63,011 bases of DNA, filler included, from Reticulomyxa filosa (GCA_000512085.1; 19 parts of 19 records of this genome joined end to end with filler, not necessarily neighbours in it); one strand, 5' to 3'; shown: positions 36,278 to 49,573, counted from the first letter of the whole stretch. Notes: generated from the letters alone by a model not told the origin. Numbers and translations are program-made.

Positions 36278-37450
36278 GAATTGCAAATTGGAAATGCAAA
36301 AGTGGGTTTGTGGAAGCCTCTCGAAACACCATGGCCAGATATTGCTTGAACAGCATATCCGAGATCCGGTCGTCAGCCAGAATGCTGTTGCAAGGGATTG
36401 TCAAACGGATGACGAACGAAATGCGGGAAATGCTAATCCGCAAGTGGAAAAAGAGGTTTTGCTTGCCGCATCATCAAAACGTGCGTTCGTTGAACGGCGG
36501 CCACGCGCATTCGCGTATTGGAAGTGAGTTCGCATCCGAGTCGGCCCAAGGCAACATGGCGACCTTCCACAAGCGGCGTCTTCAGCAGCAACAGACCACG
36601 TCGTCTGGAGGCTCGTTTGCACAAAGATCGAACAATGACTCCTCACACATCCAACGATCGGTTGGCAATGATAGTCAAATGTCCATCGGCCATGGCATGA
36701 GCATTGGAATGGCGAGGACGCACGACATAATGGCACCCATCAAAAACGGACTCCAAAAAACGGTCAAGTTTTCCGGGAAAGCGCAAAGCAATGGACATAT
36801 GTTGGAGGATGAAGGAGGAGGTGAAGAAGGCGGAGAAGAAGTAGCAGAAGAAGTAGAAGAAGAAGAAGAAGAAGAAGATGACACATTTGGCAGCTATCCA
36901 AAGAAATGACAGAAAGAAACGAAACAAACAGACAAAAAAAGAAGAAAATGGAGATATTGATGAAGATGAAGATGAAGAAGAAGGGGAGGATAATGACGAT
37001 GGTGATAGCAATACTACACGTAAGAAAATGACAACGACAACGAAGACGATGAAAAACGAAGAAAAGAAGAAGAAAGAGAAAAGCAAGAATAAGAATACAA
37101 AACATAAGACGGCCGATAATAACAACGATGAAGAAGAAGACAGCACGAAACGAAGTTTGGGAATGATCCCTTCCTCGGCTTCGCACTCGCAACTCTCGGC
37201 CTTGGGCGGTATCTCCATCTCCGATTTGCAAGGGGAGATGAGCGAGATGGACAGAGAGGTGTTCATGCCCGAACTGACCGAAGGATTGGCTGTCAACGGC
37301 GTCCTCGTCAATCGTCATGGACGCGTCCCTTTGTCCGTCTTGTTAGGTGCTGTCGTCATTTGCATCATTCATGGCTTGCAAAAAAATAACATTGAAGACA
37401 TTGTTGCCACGAGTGTTATTAACACTTTAATTTGTGTTTTGAAAGAACAA
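36278..37450 (+). CDS. WDR7/rabconnectin-3beta-like internal fragment
   Basis: MARYCLNSISEIRSSARMLLQGIVKRM...LIRKW and LSVLLGAV resemble WDR7 LARRW..EVREAAQALL...W and IVLLGVIG (recalled sequence). The frame changes near 36890-36945. Confidence 0.45.
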
Positions 37451-37684
37451 GTTTAAAAAACAACTCGTGCACATTTTTTTTTTTTTTTTTNNNNNNNNNN
37501 NNNNNNNNNNNNNNNNNNNNNNNNNNNNNNNNNNTTAATTAATTAANNNNNNNNNNNNNNNNNNNNNNNNNNNNNNNNNNNNNNNNNNNNAAAAAAAAAA
37601 AAAAAAAAACATTGTTATCGAACTTTCAATAAATATAAGGTATATGCCATACCCATATCTCTAAGCCAATCACGACAATCGCTG

Positions 37685-39220
37685 TTGGGTGACTCGCTAT
37701 CTCTATCCATGTCCATATCGATATCCTCGTGGTCGGCACGCATTCAACCCAACAAAATTAACATGGACAAATTTGTGTCTTGCAACGGACATGACGAGGT
37801 CGACCCCAAGCATGACGAGAAAGAAGAGGACATATATAAACTTGACTTTGCTGCTAATGATGTCGTTGTGGCGCCAATGGAGCTGCCCAATTTCTGCGGA
37901 AATATAAACGAGTTGCTGTCCTGTCATGAGAGTAGTACAAAGCTTGGTGGTGTCAATGCCGAGAATCATCAAGGTCTGGATGGCCATCCTATTCGCATTC
38001 CCATTGATCCTGACTACAGCAGCAATATCAACAGCAACAACAACAACAACAACAACAACAACAAAACAACAATAGCAACGGCAGCAGTGTTCCCGAAGAT
38101 AGTCACCAAAGCGAAGTACGTGTGCACGTGCGCAATGATAACAATAACAGCGAAAATGCGGACAAAAACGAGAGTGAACATGATGCACGAAAGTCGACGG
38201 AACATTGGAACGACCGAGTGCACGTTAAACAAGAAAACAAAGAAGACATTAAAAAAGAGGAAGATATTGAGGCATTAGAAGATGCCAAGGAATTGAATGC
38301 CTTGAAATGTCATATGAACTTTGAAGCCATATCTGGTCGAGATGACTCGCTTTCGCAAGGAGAAACTGTCGCCACAATCCCAACGCCCATTCCAAATCGC
38401 ACTACCAATGGTTTTGAGGTTATTTGCAAATCTCTCTCGCATTTGTTTATATATGTACATATATATATGTATGTACGTACATATATATGTATATATTACA
38501 ACTTTTTTTGGTTTTGTTTTGTTTTGTTTCGGTTTGTGTCTTGCCAAATTGAATTTCTTTTCTTTTTTAAAAACAAAACAAAACAGATTCAAGGACAAAA
38601 TGACAACGTAAATAAGAACAACAACTACGAGGGGGTCGACCCATTGGTAGCACCGACACCGGGGACCGGCTGCAGAAAAAGAGCCTGCTCCTTACTGACT
38701 CCGGATACCGAATACAGAAAAACAAATGCAAACGACAAAAACTAACACCAACCACTTGTAACAGCGTAAAGACATGTGAGTTTGACAGCGATCAGTCCTT
38801 GAGTCCAAGTGGCAATTCTGCCATGAAACAATACGTGGAAAAAAACAAAATGGCCTCTACATTGTGTGACATCAATGAAAACGATGACCATGTTGGACAG
38901 GATGACGATAACAATAATAATGCATCGCAAATGGAACAAGGTAGCACTGAATTTGTTTTGCCAGACATTATACCACCACCACCGCCTTTGCCAGAGATAA
39001 AAATCGATTTTGATGATGACACTCTGTCGAGCTATGTCCACAACTATGATAAAGGTACAACTGATAACGACTTGGGTGTGCAAAGCTGAAAGAAGGAGTC
39101 CCACAAAGTCAAACCCAAGAAGTAGCTCAGGTGGAAGACAACAAAAATAACTGCAATGCTCCAGCTGACGCTGGAGTTCGTCGTCGTCGTCGTGCAAAAA
39201 GGCCTTTCCATGCTCGTTAA
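37685..39220 (+). CDS. Fragmented low-complexity coding sequence (frameshifted gene or pseudogene)
   Basis: Successive coding-like ORFs in different frames (37685, 38122, 38799) with an intron at ~38420-38586. No family recognised. Confidence 0.3.
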
Positions 39221-40639
39221 AAGGTTCAACATGCTTTGTTTATTTATTTATTTTTTTTTAAGTGGTTTTTTTTTTTAGGTGCGGGAAATTTTTTTGTCAA
39301 CGATTGAACATTTTGCTATTTAAACTTGGTTTGTTTTTTTTCCAAACAAAAACAAATCAAATATAAGTGCTATCGCATATCATTTATAATAACTCTATTT
39401 TTGAGGAGTGCTCCAGTGCTCTCAGAGTACTTGAAATGTTTAGCAAAACACGTCTGACAACAATCTCCCGCATCTAGTGCAGTTTTTGCGCTATTCTGGT
39501 GTCGGATGGGGCACTGGTTAATTTTATTTTACAAAATATTTTTTTCTGACCCGATCGTTTTATTTATTTTTTTTAAAAAGGTATCAATATGAATGCGTTG
39601 CTGAAAGGATGCACGTTTTCGGTAACGTCGCATAAAAGATCAAGATTTGAACACAATATATGAAAGAATGTGATCTTGGTGGATCGTCAAATGTGCACAA
39701 AGAAAGTGAATCAGATAATGGTGAGACTTGCGTTGTTCCGTTAATTGATCATCATTCGAAACAACATGGTTAAACCCATCGGTGCATTGAGAAACGATAT
39801 GAAAGTAACATGAAAAATAAACGTGATCTGTCGTTACTTGACGATACTGAAAAAAACTCTACATCCGAAGAAATAGTAAGACTTACAAACCCGGGTATAG
39901 AGTCACATCTTAGTCATATTGACTCTATCAATACTAAAATTCATATTGTTGACACAAAAGTCTTTCCAATCATTAAGTATATATGGAATAAATTAAGGAG
40001 TATTTTTTAAAAAGATTATAAAAATGACAGCTATCCAGGAAACATTTTGGATGATGCATTTATTTCAATTAATTACTGAACTTGTACTTGAATACTTAAA
40101 ACAATACTGTTACTATCACAAACACGACATTGACAATTTTGTTTTAGTATTTCAACATGACTATTTAATCTTAATTTAAAAATATATAATCATGTTTTTG
40201 TTAAAGAAAAAAATATATTATAGTATAATTTTGATAAAAACATTTTTCACACAACATATCATGACTTCGAATTCGATGTGCCAAATATATAATATATATA
40301 TTTGTTTTGTGACAGTTTGACTTAACTAACGCAAAATAATATTCAACACAGCATTACATATTTATATTTTATATTTTATTTTCAAATCAAATTGTACAAT
40401 GTCCTTTTGAATAAACAAAAGAAAACAAATTATTGTTGTCTACTTAAAAAAAAAAGGTATGCACAAAACTTAGTATAATTCGAATATATAAAATTACAAA
40501 CATAATAATTTTCATTTACATATACTAACGCAAATAACTTTATTTTATATCTTTATGTTTTCAAAAGAACAAACAATCATTTTTTTTTTGTTTCTTTTAA
40601 TTTATTGTTAAAAAAAATTTAAAAATATATATATAACTT

Positions 40640-40948
40640 ACATTTACATCGATCCAATTAGTAATGCAACACCAAGTATATATTGCTTCTTTTTTGATTT
40701 TATAATCAATCAAGGTCATTAAATCTTTAAATTGCTTTCAAGCAAAGATTAATCGCTGTTGCTATGGTGATATGCCATCATTGTCTTGGATTTTTGCATT
40801 TATGTTTTGTATATTGCGTTGTGATAGACTTCCGACGTGATTGTTTTTCCAGTTAAGGTTTTCACTAAGTTATTCAGAATAAATGCAAATAATCATGTCT
40901 GTTTAAGATAATGCGTATAGCATAATGTGCTTACATTTGCGTCGCCAT
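40640..40948 (-). pseudogene. Polyubiquitin pseudogene (one monomer plus the start of a second)
   Basis: MATQI|intron|..[49 protein letters not shown]|gtaag. Confidence 0.85.
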
Positions 40949-41964
40949 TTTCTACTTTTCTTTTTTTTTTGAACTAAGACGACCACAAAAGCCAACAGAT
41001 TTTTTTTAAGAAAAACTTTCACCTGTTGGTCCCCTGTTTTTGGTGAAACACTTTGGTTTGTCTAATCAAAATTACAATAAGAGCTTAATGAAATTTGCCG
41101 TGAAGCAATACAATTCCAGATACAATATCTTTCCACCAAAGTATTTTTTCGGAATTTTAAAGAAAATTCGATTTAAACAAAACTTTTGCGATAAATTTGG
41201 AAAAGTTTTTAAAAATGTAAAATTTTTGCTAAATTTGTGAAAAGGTGCTCATTTATATGCAACAGGGCCATCTTAAATTTTCAGTTGTCAGCATTTTTTT
41301 AGGTTTTTGAAACGCAACCCCAAAGATTCCATTGAAAATTGTGTTTCTATTTATTAGTATCAAACGATTATTGCTACAGAAATTTCCACATAATTGTTGT
41401 ACTTGGAGGACTTTCCATAAGTAATAATCTATCTATAACTATTTTTGTGCTATTTATGGAATGGAAATGAAAATCTATCTTTTTTTATTTGTTGTTTTCC
41501 TCAGCAATTGCTATCGTTTTCTTAATGAATCTTTAACAATAGAGCCAAAATAGCGGGGGATTCTGTGTATCAAATGATCATGTGAAAAAAACACAAGTTA
41601 CCAAGATATCAATTTATCGCCACCAAATTGCTAAAATATATCACCTAAGTTATTAAATAAATCTTTAAACTGATAAAATGTGAGCTGATATTAATGATTA
41701 TGAGGTTTAGTTCTTGCGGTTATTAACAAATACTAATGATAACTCTTTTTAAGAGTTTTAAACTATAAAATACTTTTTTTCTTTTTCTCCAAAAAATGAC
41801 ACAAGAGGACCAAAAAAGAGAATCTGTTTCCAATGATTTGAATGAGCATTTAATTGAAGCAGTTTGTTAATATTTTCAATATCTAAATTATGAAAGGTAT
41901 AGCTGAAAGGAATAATCTCTAATTGGTGTTTTTTTTGTAATATACATCCACCAGGACCACAGTA

Positions 41965-43479
41965 ATGGCTCAAACCAAAAGCATGTGAGTTTTGCAGAAG
42001 ACTTATTAGCTTCAACAACGCAGCACGAAACTGTAACTAGTATAAATGATCATGGCAGTGAAATAAACTCAAAAAGAAAAGATAGAGATCAGAATAATGA
42101 GGTTGACGTTGAAAAGCAAAAAGAAGCAAATGATACAGAATCAAACTCAAAGTCAGCCCATTTACATTCTCCACCTGTGCCTGATATTGATAGTATCACA
42201 AGGGAAATAACAGAAAAAAATAAAGCGCAAACAGTGATAACTTCAACAATGCAACAAAACACAGAACAAGACAATACAATAGGTACCAATTCTACAAATT
42301 TGCCGCCAATTCAACATCTTACAATAGAAACTCCTCAAGAGGCCTCTCTCACCGTAATTAATTCAACAAATCGTTTGCAAATCATGATTGATCAAGCAAA
42401 GCAAGAAAACAAACGTTTACAGTCACGAAACTGTAGTTTGATACAACAAATCATTTACATTATTGATCAAAACGGTGGAGGGCTAGGTCTAGAAGCTGAC
42501 ATACCAACTATCACAACAAATGCAGAACCACCCGAAAGTCAATATGCAAATTTATTAAAGCAAGTGTGCCAACTTCATGCCGAGTATGCACAAAAGCAAG
42601 TTTATGATAATTTAAATACATTCCAAAAAAAAAATTCCATTTAGGGATTCCTTTCAAAGCAAACACTTTTGGTTGTTTGAAACGCATAGCACGAGTATTC
42701 AAATAAATTGGAGCAATTTAATGATCGCGTACTTGCAGAAGATGACGAAACAGAGCAAATCAGAAATTCTTACAAAGAGTTTAAACGAAAGTTATCTGCC
42801 AATGCTATAAATATCAAAACCCAAAAACCTATTTCAAAAAAATGGATATTGCAAAAAGAGCAAGAAGAAGAAGAAGTTGATCGAATGATGGAAACAAATC
42901 GATTGAAAAAAATTCATTTTCAAATGCAACTAGTGAAATTCGCTCAGCGCATAAAAGAGAAGGATAGATCTTCTGAGAAACTACATTTCATTGATTTTGA
43001 ACAACTAAAAATTGAGAATCAGACGTTAAGCGAAAAAATTGAAGAACGCAATGATGAATTGCATAAATTGCGAAGAAAAATTATGTCAACTGTTCAAATA
43101 CTCGCACACGTAAAAGAAAAGCTTTTGCATGTCCGAAAAATGAATGATCAATTGTCAGAAGAGCAAAAAAATTTGGATAACTCCGTCAACGTCTTAAGAG
43201 ATAAAGTAACTGATAAAAAAAGAGAAAGAGATAATCTCAGGCATCAAAACAACAAATTGAAACAAAGAGAGTCATTTGTTGGAAATGATATGTTGGTGAC
43301 TGACTTTCAAAAACGCAAAGTTTTGACCAACTCAAAATTGCAAACCATAATTTTGTTTTTCCTTCATTTGTCTGCATTTAAAAAAAAAATCATAATTTTT
43401 ATAGCATCATATTATTGACATGGAGAAAAACGTTGAAGAACTTCGCAAGAAATGGAAAATAATAAAAAAAGGATCATAG
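41965..43479 (+). CDS. CCDC96: CCDC96/CFAP184 (DUF4201) ciliary coiled-coil protein
   Basis: LHFIDFEQLKIENQTLSEKIEERNDELHKLR...TVQILAHVKEKL. Predicted introns 41985-42040, 42600-42689 and 43320-43404. Confidence 0.85.
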
Positions 43480-44337
43480 ACGATCATACAACAGAAAAAC
43501 AGTTTGAAAAAGTAATAAATAGTTACAAATCAAAGTCAATTTTAATTTTCTTAATGTTACAATTTAAACAAAACAATGTTTTTTGGGTTGCCAACGAATA
43601 GTATTTTACTCATTACCAATTCCTTCAAAAAATAAAAACAACATTTTAAAACAAAAATTAAATTAAAATGTACGTAAATTTTGAAAATTTGTTTTACACG
43701 TTATAATCATAGATTAAATTTTTTTTGAATAGGAAAGTAAACTAGTGTAATATAAGCAAAAATTAGTATTCTGTGTTGAATAAACTTTGATGACCACATT
43801 TCCTTTTTATTTGATAGAGTAAAAACAGTTGTTCGTACTGTAAATCAAGGGGACCTTAAATCACTTTTCTCTCAAAACTTACTTCCTCTCCATTTCTGTT
43901 GTTTGTTGTTTTATTCGACTGCTGTTATTTAATTCTTTTTCGTTCTGTATGAAAATGGCTTGAAAAGCGTACTTTTCGTATTACACTTTGGTAGTTGGCT
44001 GGTCTTCCAACAACAGACTATCTGCACACTTGTTCAAAATGATTATTTGTATTAAGAACTTATTAATGAAATGAGAAGGGGCAAACGCATAGTCTGAAAT
44101 TAGAATATCTTCGCTTTTTAAATATTACGTGTTTTTCACAAAAAATGAATTTGAAACCACAAACAGTTGTCTTTCGTTATGTAAATACGCAACCAACAGG
44201 CTATGCAAAAAGATTACATCGCATTTTGACAACTTTCAACTGAGAGCGATGTACGAGAATTCATTAATATTGTAATTTGAATGAGAATGTAAAAAATTGG
44301 ACCGCAATTGTTGTTATTTCTTACAAGAAAAACACAA

Positions 44338-45207
44338 CTAATTCGGTTTCATTTTTGTCTTACTTTGCGTTTTCAAGGCACTTTGAGTGAGAACTTTTTT
44401 TGGATTTCTTTTTGTTGTCTGACAGTCCCAAATAACCGCGGCATTCTTTCGCGCCACAGAAGCACTTCTATGTATTACCATGAAAGGGTAATAATAAAAT
44501 ACGGAATATATATTAAAAAAAAGAGAAAAGTTTTTGTTATTGTTTTCCTCCCAAAACTGGTAAGCCAGCGATATGAGGATCTTTCACATTATATTGGTAA
44601 TCGTAGGTCAGTTCTTCTCCACAAGGAATTTTATTCAAAGCAAAAATTCCCACGCGCATCTTTCCGTTAACATTCCTGCTTGCATGTACAAATAATACCT
44701 CTTTTTTTTTTTGGATCCCCCCAATTGACAAAAAAAAAAAAAAATAAAAAAAAATAAAAATATATATATGTATATGTATACATATATAAACATTTTTTTA
44801 TTTTTTATTTTTTTAAAAAAACACACACACCACACAAATTAACCACACTGCGCTTGTACAATTTGGATCGCAAGAATGATTTAAAAATCTGGCTTCATTT
44901 CCAGTGTTGGTAGCGTCAATGACCAACTTTGAGTTCACTTGGAAAAAGTAAAAATGTAGCGCCCCTTGGCTGTTCATGAGCTGTAATCGCCTATTGCTTT
45001 CCTCACTCGTGATCATTTCGCCAACGTATTCACAGACCAGTTCGCCCGCCTCAAAGGTTTTCAATGCAAACCCACCAAAGCCACGATTTTCTGTCTACAT
45101 ACGTAAACACACTAGAGTCTTGCCATGTTTACGTATAAGATGCAAAAAAAAAAAAAAAAAACAGTATACGTAAACAAAGTTTTTCAAACGTGCATTTGTG
45201 ACGGATT
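44338..45207 (-). CDS. SET-domain histone lysine methyltransferase (Set2/ASH1/NSD-like) with post-SET, 5'-truncated
   Basis: TENRGFG, VCEYVGE, IDAT..GNEARFLNHSCDPNC, WNVNG.MRVGIFA, GEELTYDY and KCFCGAKECRGYLG. Confidence 0.88.
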
Positions 45208-46605
45208 NNNNNNNNNNNNNNNNNNNNNNNNNNNNNNNNNNNNNNNNNNNNTTAATTAATTAANNNNNNNNNNNNNNNNNNNNNNNNNNNNNNNNNNNNN
45301 NNNNNNNCTTTTGCTACTTGTTTACGAGACTTCTTTCCAGCTTTCTTGTGGTATTTGCTCTTTGTCCAAAAAAACTGTTTGATTTTTTTAAGGTTTGTTG
45401 ACTTGCAATATTATGTGTCAATACACATATATTTGATACTTCGGTAATATCTCACAGTATTGTGAGAAACGATTCATGTTTGGTAAGTTTGTTTTGAATC
45501 TCATTTTTTCCAAACATGCCTACAAATTAAAAAGTACAGTATTTGTGAATACACTGCATAATATTGAGAAAAAAAAACATTAAATCCAACATATTTCCAC
45601 TCAAAATATCACTGTACAGTAGATTACACGCAAAGTAATCCAAACATATTAACAAAAATACTACACATAATGCAATCACTACGTAATCAACAATTTCATT
45701 GGCTTTTTTTACAAAAAGAAGTTTATTTTTCACAATTTTGTTTAGCTGTACTTGGCAAAAAAAACGAATATATTTCATTTGTTGAAAACATCTTTATTTC
45801 CAGATTTATCTGGAATATTTGTTGCTTTTTTGTATTCGAAATTACTATTGCTATATCTAGTAAAAATGAAGTGAATTTATGCCAATCTTCAGCTAGATTT
45901 ACTTGACTCAATTGTTTCTACTGAGAAAAAAGCTGATATGCAATTGGGTTAATCTGAAAATCACATATGAAAATCGACATATGAATCAAAAAAAAAGCTG
46001 TACCAGTTGAATAAGTTTAAAAAAGAAATTAATAAGTGTATTTTTAACAAAATAACGCAAGTTATCAAGTTTAAATATAAAAAAACAGTAAAAACTAAAA
46101 TTCTGTTGAAAAAATCATATAATCGAAAAGGTGCTCAAAAAGGGGGTAGTCACATTTTTTTTATTTCTTTATCTTTCATGTTTTCTCACTGACTATTCTG
46201 TTTTCAAAAAGAAGTGGCTGTGATACAAAAATCCTTACCTTAAGCTTGTGACTTTCATGTTCGTCTTGAAAATAGAACTGTACTTTCTTTTTTGAACGAA
46301 AAATCAAAATAAATGTGTATTTGCAAGTTTAACAAGTTTTCATTTGATTGATGCATTCGATATTCTGCTTAGTGAATTTGTGCAATTAATGCCTGACTTC
46401 CAAAACTTTGATAATACCTTTTATCAAATTTGTTTAATGCGTGATATTGGATTTGCTATTGAATAATGAATGAGATACAAAGTCACAAAAAAGTTTGATA
46501 TGAAGNNNNNNNNNNNNNNNNNNNNNNNNNNNNNNNNNNNNNNNNNNNNTTAATTAATTAANNNNNNNNNNNNNNNNNNNNNNNNNNNNNNNNNNNNNNN
46601 NNNNN

Positions 46606-46830
46606 GTTATATTTAAAAACTACAAGATTTGCAGATATTTTAAAAAATTAAAGTTAAATGTTTATTTTTCATGGAGAAAATCGGTTCTCTTCATAGGGGT
46701 GCTACTTAGGTATGTAAGTTTTCTGCAATCTACTGTACATGCAAAAATTCATTCCTTCTGATGTTATCACTTTTTCATTTATTTAAACAACTGGCAATAT
46801 ATATGTTAAAATAGAAATAGCATAACATCT
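46606..46830 (+). mobile_element. Degraded LINE remnant, an inverted copy relative to 49430-49573
   Basis: atatttaaaaactacaaga...ttaaatgtttatttttcatggagaaaatc matches the reverse complement of the other end of the same contig. Confidence 0.45.
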
Positions 46831-46945
46831 TTAAAAAATGAGAGTATATTATTTGAAAAAAGACGTACTTTAACAAAACAACTCCAGTAGAAAAAGGATA
46901 AAAATAGAAACCCGGAAAATTCAAGTTTTTATATTATCCAGGAGA

Positions 46946-48121
46946 ATGAATACTACTGCCAACGGAAAAGAGTTTGCAATATCACTGTTGGTAAGTACTT
47001 ACGTCCCTACCTTTCAGGGAATATAATTGGTTACGGTGTTCGAAACATCGATACAAAAACGAACAAAAGCCAGAAAAAGACATAAAGATAATTATTCAAC
47101 ATTGGATTCGAATTTTTAATATCAAATTAGGATGGATCAATGACTTTGATAAACTTGTTGCCAAATATGTAAATTAATTCTTTTTATTTTTGAATAATAA
47201 TGAAAATTATTGCTGTGACTTAACGTTAAAAAATAGGCAAAATATTTTCAATTGTTAAAAATCTTACAAGGACATGACAAAGGAATAAGTAGCGTAAGAT
47301 TTTCTGCAAATGGTCGTAAGATTATTTCGGCATCACTTGATAAAACAGTTTGTATATGGGATTGTATAACAGGACAACAAGTCCAAACCTTCGAAGGACA
47401 TTTCAATCGAGTCATTATTGCGGCATTTTCTCCTAATGGACAAATAATCGCTTCATGTTCGGCAGATCAAACAGTTCGATTATGGGATGTGAATTCAGGA
47501 AGAGAAATAGCAAAATTAGAAGGACATTCGGATTGGGTATGGGATATGAACTTTTCTCCAGATGGAAATAACATTGCATCTTGTTCAACCGATAAAACAA
47601 TACGATTATGGGATGTAAATTCTAAAAAGGAAATAAGAAAACTGGAAGGTCATGCAAGTGGTGTATTAGGTGTACAATTTTCGCCAAATGGACAAATGAT
47701 TGTGTCAGCATCCACAGATAAAACAGTTACTTTATGGAGTGTACAATCGGGTGAAAGATTAAAACAGTTCATAGGACATTCTGATTTTGTTACACGTGCA
47801 CAATTTTCTCCTGATGGCCAATTTATTGTGTCCTGTTCAGATGATAAAACTATTCGAATATGGAATGTAGAAATAGGAAAAGAGCTGAAAAGATTAGAAG
47901 GACATTTAGATGGTGTAAATGACGTGAAATATTTTCCAGATGGACAAACAATTGTCTCTAGTTCAAGTGATGAAACAGTTCGTCTGTGGGATATAAAAAC
48001 AGGAAACGAAATACAGAAATTAGAAGGACATTCTGATTGGGTAAAATGTGTTGATGTTTCTTCAAATGGTACTACAATTGTGTCATGTTCTTATGACTTG
48101 ACAATTCGAATTTGGGGATAA
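46946..48121 (+). CDS. WD40-repeat protein (7 repeats) with a short helical N-terminal module
   Basis: Seven GH...WD-type repeats in an intact ORF. Upstream exons MNTTANGKEFAISLL | PEKDIKIIIQHWIRIFNIKLGWINDFDKLVAKY (introns 46991-47069 and 47169-47236). Confidence 0.9.
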
Positions 48122-48749
48122 ACAAAACTATGACAATATTTTTCAAAGAAAATACAGATCAACAAACGTATTTTCATTAAAAATTATTTGAACACATTAA
48201 TTCAACTTGTTTATTGTATATTTGTTTCTTGTTACTCGGATCAGTGAAAATTTGCAAAAAAAAGAAAATACTTCAATTCCAAAAAAGACTTATCATGGAT
48301 CTCACAGATTAAATCTTTCAATAACAAAAACAATATAATTTTAATTAAAATGTAAAAAATATTTTTTTTACTTCTGAAAATTAACAATTTCAAGAGTTAA
48401 AAAAACAAATTTTGAGTTGGGAAAGCCACACAATAATATCTCAACAAAAAAATTGAATTCAAATCAGGTTGCCCTTAAAATATGATCACTATATCAACTA
48501 AAAAAAGCAACACATGCATTTCATCCATTTCATAATTTTTTTGTTAAAATGAATTACAAAAAGAATAAATTAATAAAAAATAGTCAAATAACAATAAAAA
48601 CTACAAAAATTTTGTCGAAAAAATTATTTACATTTTTGAAACAATTAGTAAATATTAATAAAAAACCAAAATCATATTTAAAAACTACAATATTCTTATA
48701 TACCTTTCATGAAAAAACAACATATATTTTTTTTTTGAAGAAAATAATC

Positions 48750-49573
48750 ATATAATGTGTCATTTATGTGTCAACTTTCTTTTGCATTCTACTGTATTAT
48801 TAAACAATCATATTCAAAAAAATTGTTTGGAAGTTTTTATATCAATTAGTATCCACGCAAGAATTGACATAATTTTTTAAAATCATTCTGAGTTTACATT
48901 ATATATAGTCCGCTTTCAAAAATTGCAAAGCTTAAACAAACTCGAATGCATCTGTTTTTGACAAAGAAGTTTCTTTCCTTCATCGCACCGCATCTGCCAA
49001 TGCTCATGTGCTGTTTATTGTGACTATTGTTGATATGTTTCAAGAAATTCATAATAACATAACCTAAACTTGTGTCTACTCTGAAGCAAGTACGCGACTC
49101 AATCAAATTTCAAAGTCTTTGTTGATATATCATGTACATTACCATGATTATGATCATGATTAAGTCGATAATATAGATTAACCAATCGACTTTGAATTAA
49201 TCGAAAATGAACTTTATAATCACAATATCTTGGCAGACACAACGTTGCTATTACAATTCCTGCATCTGTGTTGGTGAATTATGTCAAACGTTGAATAGGA
49301 TGTTGTCAGAAGGGATGTGCCAATAAAGTATTTGTGTTTGAAATGTATGCTTGTATTAAATTTTTAGTTTAATATGATAGGGGAAATTTTGTGCGTTCTG
49401 TTAGTGTGGACTTTACAAGTATTTTTAAGTTTTACAGTATGTTGAAAAGAAAACTGAACGACTAAAACATATCTTATGATGATAATTGATTTTCTCAATG
49501 AAAAATCAACATTTAGACTTAATTTTTTTTTATTTTAAAAAAATATCTAAAAGTCTTGTAGTTTTTAAATATG
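48750..49573 (-). mobile_element. Degraded LINE reverse-transcriptase remnant
   Basis: Decayed RT motifs appear in the expected order across frames: LFN; DYK..ISI.S.SIG (NYRPISL-like); AHE..G (AYDSVW-like); NFFVKNRCIRVCL (SFL..R...V); FESGL. The PQG and ADD motifs are lost. Confidence 0.5.

Noticed and set aside
41300-41720. Possible LINE endonuclease remnant (VSIY, VLG-GDF-like)
   Set aside because: Only two short degenerate motifs, too weak without a profile search.
45090-45100. In-frame TAG before TENRG in the SET gene, as stop-codon reassignment
   Set aside because: The TAG serves as a phase-0 splice acceptor (..LKNF|TENRG), and other genes use all three stops normally.
45308-46505. Short ORFs on this contig
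   Set aside because: AT-rich and stop-ridden, with no supportable product.
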